From: Paraspadella gotoi
Taxonomy: Eukaryota; Animalia; Chaetognatha
NCBI GenBank assembly: GCA_051294375.1
Contig: JBJCIZ010000893.1
Location: 1-6,561, forward strand
DNA length: 6,561 nt
Reading direction: 5' to 3'
The number at the start of each line of letters is the position of its first letter. Position 1 is the stretch's first letter. Below the pieces are notes generated by a model. That model searched no databases. It worked only from the letters and a program-made list of their open reading frames with translations, and was not told the DNA's origin. Below, piece by piece: positions 1-6,561 of the stretch. A program made the position numbers and the translations under genes.

Positions 1-78
1 AAAAAGAAGAGAGATATTTCGCCTACAATACATTTGAGTATAGTTAGTTCCTCTCTCTCTGTTAAAATTAAAGGAAAA

Positions 79-503
79 TCTTCTAATCCTTGCTGAAAAT
101 AAAAATAATAAACATAAAAATATATATAGATTAAGGGTCTTTGCAAAAGTATCCGCACTTTTTAACTATACCAGTCATAAAGTCTTCCGCAAACTATTTG
201 GGTCATCCTTCGTACATTGTATTCGGAATTGAGAAACGCCAATTGAGAATTTCCTCGCAAGATGTCGAGTCTACGCATAAAAATTGGATGCCAACGTATT
301 TTTCATGCCACGTATTTTCGCAATGACCGCGCGCCTCGACCGGCGAAATCCGTTCGGTGATGCATACCTCGTGGAAAGACTTCGAAACGTGATTCTCGTA
401 GTCATTTTGTTCCTCCTGATAAGAGAAAGATATAGAATTGGAACGCGGTTTCATTTTATAATCGAGGGGCCTTGACCGCGGCGAAGCCCGGGTCAGGCTC
501 TAG
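79..503 (+). mobile_element. Putative non-autonomous Helitron (rolling-circle transposon); 3' terminus supported, 5' boundary uncertain
   Basis: Seen: imperfect GC-rich hairpin CCTTGACC-GCGGC-GAA-GCCCG-GGTCAGG (470-497), then CTAG (500-503) and T (504). Established: Helitrons end in a subterminal hairpin plus CTRR and insert between A and T without a TSD. The 5' end at A|TC (78/79) is only a guess; the element could start elsewhere or before the window. No Rep/helicase coding seen. Confidence 0.55.
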
Positions 504-1389
504 TACATGTTTAGCGGTTGCTCTCTTGTGACGCTTCCGTCGTCATCGTCGTCGTGGTCACGAGGGGACGCTGTTTTCATATATAAAAACTACTTACGCT
601 TTTTATAAGGTTTGGCTGTGACTTAACCGGTTCTGTTTTTTTACAAATAAAAATTATTTATGAAATATGATAAAGTTTTACAAACAGTGGCGATGCATAG
701 CTAAAGTTAAAAATTTAGATACTGGGCTCTCTTCATCTTGAAATAGCTGTGATACTTATTCATATCTCACATTTGGATTTAACGCTATCTTTTTTGTTTG
801 ACCATTTCCACTTACAATTATTGAATTTAACTGCAATATGCAAATCGAGATTATAGTACTTGGCATTCATAATGATCCCAAATTAGTAGATAGAAATGCT
901 TTAAGCTAATATTACATATTGGCAGTAAATATAATAGCTCGAAGCATGAACCATCTCCAACAAACATTGTTCTTTTTAAATTCTCTAATAAAAATGCCGG
1001 AACTCACACCAGGGAGTCTTTTTTTTAACCTGAGAAGCTATATCTTATATTTCTAATACATAAATAACAGAATAAAATCTTTTACATTTAGCTGCGATTG
1101 AAAAAATTGGAAAAGTTTCCAAATTGTAAACACCATTGTAACATTTTTTGCCTTCTTTTAAATTTATTTTTTAATTATATATATATTTTTTTCAGGGCGG
1201 CTGCCATTTTCTGAATCGTTTAAAAAGCGAGTTTACTCTCATGTCTTCTCTTTTGTGCGATCTCTTGCGTGATTCGTTCGTTTTTTGAAAAGATTCTGAT
1301 TTATTTTTTTCTTTCTAAAGAACTATATATAATATGATCAGGCGCTGCCTTTCTTCTGAATCGTTTAAAAAAAGCGAAGTTCTAAAGGC

Positions 1390-1468
1390 TCTCTCTCCTC
1401 TCTCCTCGCACGTCTCCCATCGCGTCTCTCTCTCTCTCTCTCTGTCCTCTCTATCTCTCTCTCTCTCC
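1390..1468 (+). repeat. Imperfect (CT)n microsatellite
   Basis: Interrupted CT dinucleotide run, directly visible. Confidence 0.9.
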
Positions 1469-1848
1469 ATTCTTTTTTTTTTTAACAAAAAAAAAAATTA
1501 TTCACTTCTGTTTTACGCACCGTTTTCTGAAAAATTCTTATTATTTCTTTCCTTCCTAACAACTTTTATTATCGCCATTGTGAGATCCCGCGCTTCTTTC
1601 TCATACAAAATCCGCAAATTTACCATCTGGATTTTCGTCGGACTTTTTTGAGAAAATGCTGAAGAAATAGACATCATTTCACCTGGAATTTCGTGCCGTT
1701 GCGGGGCAACGAGTAAACCAAGTCCGAGGAACATGACCTAAATAACAGCGTTAGCGTGATATAAAAAAATCAACTTTGACCGAGATGCACCGCCGATTAT
1801 AAACAAGAGTGACACTAATATTGCCGTATCGTGTGGCGGGAAAAACTT

Positions 1849-1979
1849 TCTCTCTCTCTCTCTCTCTTCTCTCCTTCTCTCTCCTCTTTCTCTCTCTCTC
1901 CTCTCGTTCGTTTCTCTCTCTCCTCTCTCTCTCTCTATCTGCTCCTCTCTCTCGTCTCTCTCTTCGACTCTCCTCTCTC
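1849..1979 (+). repeat. Long imperfect (CT)n microsatellite / polypyrimidine tract
   Basis: About 130 nt of interrupted CT repeats; accounts for the Ser/Leu-rich ORFs 1809-2027 and 1831-2019. Confidence 0.95.
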
Positions 1980-2046
1980 TTTTTTTTTTTACAGAAAAAA
2001 AATTGTATTCACTTGGTAAACGAGTAAACGACGTGTTCCCGGCTGC

Positions 2047-2049
2047 CTC

Positions 2050-2080
<31 letters not shown>

Positions 2081-2136
2081 AATCTAATCTTTCTCTCTCA
2101 TCTGTCTCTCTCTCCTCTTTCTCTCTTTCCTATCTC
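2047..2136 (+). repeat. Imperfect (CT)n microsatellite
   Basis: Directly visible CT run with short interruptions. Confidence 0.9.
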
Positions 2137-2220
2137 TTTTTTTTGTACAAAAATTAATTTTTAGTCACCTCTTTTTTTACCTCCGTCCACTTGCGGCGAC
2201 GAAGTACACGAGTTAACGGC

Positions 2221-2337
2221 CTCCTCTCTATCTCCTCTCTCTTCTCTTCGCTTTTTTTTTTAACAAAAAAAAAATTTTTTAGCTTCACTTTTTTTTCACC
2301 TCTCTCTCTCCTCTTCCTCTCTCCTGTCTCTCTCTCT
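2221..2337 (+). repeat. Two short (CT)n tracts flanking a T-run/A-run module
   Basis: CT tracts at 2221-2248 and 2300-2337, with T10-AAC-A9 at 2252-2273 between them. Confidence 0.8.
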
Positions 2338-3166
2338 ATGTACCGACCGCTGTGCGTTTACTTGAAAAATTTCTTATTATTTTTTTTCCTTCTAAAAACT
2401 GTTTAATTATCGGCCAATTTAGTTTATTTTTTTCTCTATAGCAAAATCCCTCAAACTTTACATCCGAGATTTCATTGGATTCCCTTTTAGAAAAAGGCAA
2501 TACAATCAACTTATACTCATGCAGGCAATGCTCACATGTAGCATAAGCTTGCTCGCTGGGTACAATATCAGGCTCGCTATAGTCCGCGGGCAAAATGTGT
2601 GCGCGGATTAATTTAAATTATCATACTATACACTTTCTTAACAAAAAAATTTGTTTTTTGTTTTTGTGCTTTATTATTACTGGTAATCTTTGGACGCGGT
2701 CGGCCCCCCACTATTGGCAAATTATATCTAAAAGTATGAGTTGAGAAGTAGAGATATCTGTCCAAACTTAAAACATTACTGGTTTTTTGTTATTTTCTAA
2801 TAATTGTTTACAATTTTAAAAATGTAAGATTTTTTTTAGTGTTATAGATACTTGTAACTCATTTTAAATCTCTTTTTTGAAAAAATAGCATAATTATTTG
2901 AGCTTGGGATACAATATTTATAAATAAGTCCTAAATATCGCAAAATATGAAATTTGAACCTCTGGGTCTCGGTTTCTTCTTAAATCAAAAAAGAAACAAT
3001 CTAACAATTTACATTCTAAGAGGAAAGGAAACCAGAGTTCGTCCTAACTCAGATACGTCGAAAACGAGTTCAGCTCTGCAGGGCGGTCCACCAGCATTTC
3101 ATCTGATTATTACTGGTTTATAATATAGAGACGAGCAGTGAAAGACTGAGCCAGCGCCTGCATCTA

Positions 3167-3237
3167 CTCTTTCTCTCTCATTCCTCCCGTCTCCCTCTCT
3201 CTCTCTCCATCTCTCTCTCTCTCCTCTCTCTCTTTCC
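3167..3237 (+). repeat. Imperfect (CT)n microsatellite
   Basis: Directly visible. Confidence 0.9.
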
Positions 3238-3275
3238 ATTCATACACGCATCTTTGTGTTTGTTTTAATTTAGCG

Positions 3276-3526
3276 AATGTAAATGACTCATCGCCGTCAA
3301 TGAATGACTATCATCGCAATCAATGAATGATTATCATCGAATATCAATGAATTTATTTATCAATCAACATCAAATGATATGAGCTATCCATCGCCATCAA
3401 ATCATCTCTGATTATGCAATCCATCAGTTATTTTATTATCAACATACAGCATCAATTATTGGTTATCATGCTGCATCAAATATGCTTGGTTATCAGCCCA
3501 TACGCATCAAATTATTATGGTTTATC
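3276..3526 (+). repeat. Degenerate minisatellite, ~10 copies of a ~23-27 bp unit (approx. AATGAATGAYTATCATCGCMATC)
   Basis: Successive units such as aatgaatgactatcatcgcaatc, aatgaatgattatcatcgaatatc, aaatgatatgagctatccatcgccatc, aattattggttatcatgctgcatc. Units abut directly, with no unique spacers. Confidence 0.85.
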
Positions 3527-3904
3527 TAACTTTACTAAAAGTAGGTCCTGCGACTGCCTTATGCTTTTAAGATTATTTTTAATAAGCTTTCTTCTATCAT
3601 TTGTGATTCGTGGCTTTTTTTTAAAGTATCTTTCTTTCTTTTCTCTTGTAATTCGCCTTTTTCGACCTTCTACAATTGTTCTGTTTTGAGTTATGATATA
3701 ACTATGTACGATTGATTAAATATTTTTGGATATATCCTCCACGCTTTCAAAAATGAGATTCTATGATCTTAAAGGTGATTATTAACAAAGAATATATCAA
3801 ACACAATTTTAAAAATAATGGAGGCTGGGTCAGTTTAGGTCCTGCGAAAGGCGAGGACATTCGTTTTTATTTCTGTTACACTCAAAAAAACATTTCAAAG
3901 ATGA

Positions 3905-4454
3905 TTTGCACGCTCATATTGGGAATCGGTGCAACAGATTGAGCATATTTATAGGCAGGAACGTCGAGTTGGATCTCAGGGCGAATCGGTTGATTCTGGC
4001 GATCAGAACTCCTTTCCGGTTCGCAGGAGTTGACGTTCGGGGCAGATGATGTTCGGTTCAGGGGCCTGAAATTGAATACGAAATAGGTTTTATTCTAATA
4101 CGTCAGTGTGCAGAATACAGACAACAGAAAAGTAAAGGCCCGATAGTTTGTATCGTAATGGCACAGGCCGGGTTGCCTGTGATGCCCATTGGGATGGGGC
4201 ATCATACTGTTGGCTTTGCGGGCTTCCGACCCTTAGTGACGCCTCCAGTCACTGGCGCGGTTACCCTAGGAGTAAGACGGTCTCGCTTTGCCAACGCAGA
4301 GGGAAGTCATTAGGACTGCGGATGGAACACAACGCCTGGGATTGTGTGTTCCCCCTCTGAGCGAATGGTATTGGCCGAATGATGGTTACCATGAGGCGGT
4401 GTGAATATACCGCCACAATCGTTCGTTTGTATGATTGATAAAAAAAAAAAAAAA
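3905..4454 (+). mobile_element. 3' end of a 5'-truncated non-LTR retrotransposon (possibly R1 clade): possible ORF tail, structured 3' UTR and poly(A)
   Basis: Seen: GC content clearly above the flanks; stop-bounded 42-codon stretch 3905-4033 (FARSYWESVQQIEHIYRQERR...RRS*); dense stems across 4141-4437; A15 tract at 4440-4454 with abrupt return to AT-rich DNA. Established: target-primed reverse transcription leaves 5'-truncated copies with 3' UTR and A tail. The R1 assignment and ORF2-tail reading rest on recalled resemblance, not a search. No TSD found; 5' edge approximate. Confidence 0.6.
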
Positions 4455-5220
4455 TTTAGCGATTGACAATTAACATTGGTCAAATTCAAAGATTATATTT
4501 TTAAAATCTGACGCAAGAAAAAGTACTACTTTGCTTTTATATTTTCGTATCACTATTTACAATCCGCTAAAGAATTGCGTTCATTAATTCTTTAAGTTTT
4601 CAGCAAATTTAATAGTTAATAGTTAATAATTATTTTTACCTCTAATTGTCCTCAAAGTTCTCGCGTCGACGTTTGCGGCCAAAAAGAGAATCCCAACGAT
4701 TAACGTGTTCATCGTAGTTAAAAGCCTTAACTTAAGGCAACCGATTAATTATATCTCTCGGTTAATAAACCAGTCGCCGGTCCCAAAATCTTTTCTTTCG
4801 TTGGCCGGTCTTTGAACTTCTCTGCTATAATTTTCCTGCGTTGACAATATTGATATTAATCCAGATTTATTAAAATATATATAAAAAATTCTTAAAAATG
4901 TACAGTTAATTAAGTGTCATTATTCAAATTAAAAAATATATTGTCGGTTTGAATCGAAATATACTGCGACGAGACATTTTTTTTAAAATTAACTTGATGC
5001 AATTCATAAGTCGACAAAAATACTACATTTCATCAAAGTTCAGACTAAAAAAAGTCGTCGATTCATTCGATTTTTCAAGAAAAGAGCAAAATGGAGATTT
5101 CATTTGACGGCGACAAATAATTGTCGGGCGTTAGCGATGTCGCGTAATAATAAAAACCGCCCGACCCAAAAAGCGAACAAATAAAATTTTTATTTGAATT
5201 CTCGTCAACATTTAAACGAA

Positions 5221-5390
5221 AGGACGACTTCGGCATACGGGTTCAAGCTCTTGCAATACCGGCTTCTCCGGTGTAGGTGTCCTAGTGAGTAATTCGAGGA
5301 GATACTGTGCGCCACGGCCAATCCAACCGTTGACATACTACCCGACAGTGTCGGGTCCCGAAACGGGCAATCATACCGTTGCAATCTGAT
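5221..5390. other. GC-rich hairpin-dense island of unknown identity (retroelement UTR fragment or ncRNA-like)
   Basis: Stems: AGGAC(G)ACTT 5221-5230 / AGGTGTCCT 5275-5283; ATACCGG 5256-5262 / CCGGTGT 5268-5274; ACGG 5314-5317 / CCGT 5327-5330; ACCCGAC 5340-5346 / GTCGGGT 5350-5356; CCCG 5357-5360 / CGGG 5364-5367. No family recognised. Confidence 0.4.
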
Positions 5391-5552
5391 CATAATTAGC
5401 TCAACGTTCAGTCAATGAAATTATTTTGTAATCGATTTTTTTTACTTACATAAAATTAGTTATAATCCCTATTTTGCCTATTTAGCTTGTTCTTTTGTCA
5501 CAATACGGTCCAATGGACATTGTTTGGGACAGAGGCAGGATAGGAATCGTTG

Positions 5553-5568
5553 TCTCTCTTCTCTCTCG

Positions 5569-5612
<44 letters not shown>

Positions 5613-5615
5613 CTC
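5553..5615 (+). repeat. (CT)n microsatellite
   Basis: Near-perfect CT run of about 60 nt. Confidence 0.95.
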
Positions 5616-6082
5616 CAACATTCTTAAAATGTGAAAAAAATGGTTAAATCACAAGTGCTGAGTGCTGACGAAACACAACGAAAGAAAGGATTTCATATAA
5701 TATGTATTTGTTGAAATTGTTAAGTTCAAATGAGAATTTAGCTTTTTTCTGAATTTGATTTTTGTTCAAATAGGTATGTAAATCATCTAAAATCATCTTT
5801 CAAAATTATTTAACGTGTTTAATCGTGTAAAAGAATAATGAGAGTTATAGTTGAGAGAAATAGTTTATTGAACATTATATCATTTCATTGATAAGAAAGC
5901 CAAACAACCTGGGAGTAAATAAAATAAGACTATGAGAGAGTCTGGAATGAAAGCTTGCATTGTGGATAGATGGATGCCTTAAACAACCATAGTCTGTTCA
6001 AAGCTTGTTTATTGATTGAATGAATGGATAATTTTTAAATTGGTTTTACCAATTTTTTTGAATTAACATAGTAAACGCAAAC

Positions 6083-6160
6083 TTTTGAAAACATCTGTTC
6101 TGAAAACTTTCTCTTTTTCATCCACTTTTGCATGTCTTCCTCAAACCTTGGTGCTTTTAA
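6083..6160 (-). other. Possible small coding exon (LKAPRFEEDMQKWMKKRKFSEQMFSK) of an unidentified, possibly degenerate minus-strand gene
   Basis: 78-nt stop-free phase-0 segment bounded on the minus strand by AG (6161-6162) and GT (6081-6082); an alternative acceptor TTCAG lies at 6189-6193. The peptide looks protein-like but I recognise no homology. Confidence 0.25.
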
Positions 6161-6561
6161 CTAAGTTACTTGATGAATCCATAAACAACTGAATTTTTTA
6201 AAACTAAAAACTAAATAACTTAATAATTCTGTACAAAACTTAACAAAATAACTCTTCAATGACTCAATGTTTCCATCTCTTCCGCTCTAATGAATGAATT
6301 ATAATCTTTTTGTTTTTTGTACGTCTACGAATCAATTTCGAATATTCCCACCAGAATCATCTTTGTTTTTGAATGTACAACAAACGAACGGATGCACTTT
6401 TATATAATGTTAATAAGTATGAATTTCATATTGATTTATCTTTTAAGTTTGATAATGATATACTCAAATAGTTTGTATGTATGTATTTGGGTATTTACGG
6501 TAAAATCTTTTCTTGTTTGAAATAGAATACTTTATCTTAAAAAATAAGTCAGAAATGAAAT

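Larger units (their letters stand above)
1192..2497 (+). repeat. Degenerate modular repeat array with embedded (CT)n tracts, probably a TE-derived or satellite-like remnant
   Basis: Exact 18-mer TTCTGAATCGTTTAAAAA at 1209-1226 and 1354-1371, within similar blocks 1192-1233 and 1338-1381. Motif like TGAAAAATTCTTATTATTT..CCTTCTAA.AACT at ~1280-1324, 1521-1564 and 2355-2400. Longer similarity between 1521-1660 and 2355-2497. T-run/A-run/TCAC(T/C)T module at 1473, 1980, 2137 and 2252. ACGAGTWAAC at 1709, 2020 and 2208. Confidence 0.75.

Noticed and set aside
141-475. Three overlapping short ORFs on both strands
   Set aside because: Short, mutually overlapping, no recognisable domain; they lie in the putative non-autonomous Helitron body.
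1334-2406. ORFs 1334-1651, 1809-2027, 1831-2019 and 2191-2406 with Ser/Leu/Phe-rich products
   Set aside because: They are translations of (CT)n and T/A runs, which are stop-poor by composition.
2336-2593. Minus-strand 85-aa ORF with CEHCLH (CxxC-like)
   Set aside because: Most of it overlaps a repeat module whose other copy differs by frame-breaking indels; no complete zinc-finger pattern.
2581-2620. TCCGCG/CGCGGA hairpin as a second Helitron end
   Set aside because: No CTRR terminus follows, and the stem is short with a 13-nt loop.
3276-3526. Possible CRISPR array
   Set aside because: Units are degenerate and contiguous, with no unique spacers, no cas genes and a eukaryote-like context.
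4148-4360. 70-aa ORF with CWLCG and other Cys residues
   Set aside because: TTG start, no complete CCHC spacing, and the region is better explained as structured non-coding sequence.
3268-4462. ATTTAGCGA at 3268-3276 and 4454-4462 as a TSD for the poly(A) element
   Set aside because: Only 9 nt, and the span would include the unrelated minisatellite and AT-rich DNA; likely chance.
4760-4810. Twister ribozyme-like TAA...GCCGGTCCCAA
   Set aside because: Lacks the AAGC that forms the second pseudoknot and a closing P4 strand at the right distance; P1 and P2 cannot be built.
4841-4870. TTGACA bacterial -35-like hexamer
   Set aside because: No properly spaced -10 box and no prokaryotic gene context.
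5280-5310. HDV-like L3 motif TCCTCG on the minus strand
   Set aside because: The P3 loop would be too long and no compatible P1/P2 nested pseudoknot could be assembled.
5665-5683. Hammerhead-like CTGACGA...GAAA
   Set aside because: The intervening AACACAAC cannot form stem II, and no convincing stems I/III with an NUH site are present.
5974-5984. ATGCCTTAAAC resembling the U12 snRNA 5' end
   Set aside because: Only 11 nt; no branch-site pairing region, Sm site or downstream stems follow.

Overview
AT-rich, mostly non-coding DNA that looks eukaryotic and probably arthropod (inference from composition, microsatellites and element types). No ORF in the track is a convincing gene. Supportable content: (1) a Helitron-type 3' terminus (GC hairpin + CTAG|T) at ~470-504; (2) a degenerate modular repeat array with (CT)n tracts at ~1190-2500; (3) a ~23-bp minisatellite at 3276-3526; (4) a GC-richer, heavily base-paired segment ending in an A15 tail (~3900-4454), best read as the 3' end of a 5'-truncated non-LTR retrotransposon, possibly R1 clade; (5) a second unexplained hairpin-dense island at ~5220-5390; (6) possible broken minus-strand exons at ~5860-6550. 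All eight (CT)n tracts lie on the + strand. Repeat copies differ mainly by small indels, so some degeneracy may be long-read or assembly error. I cannot establish a new biological system from sequence alone; the two structured islands are the best leads.
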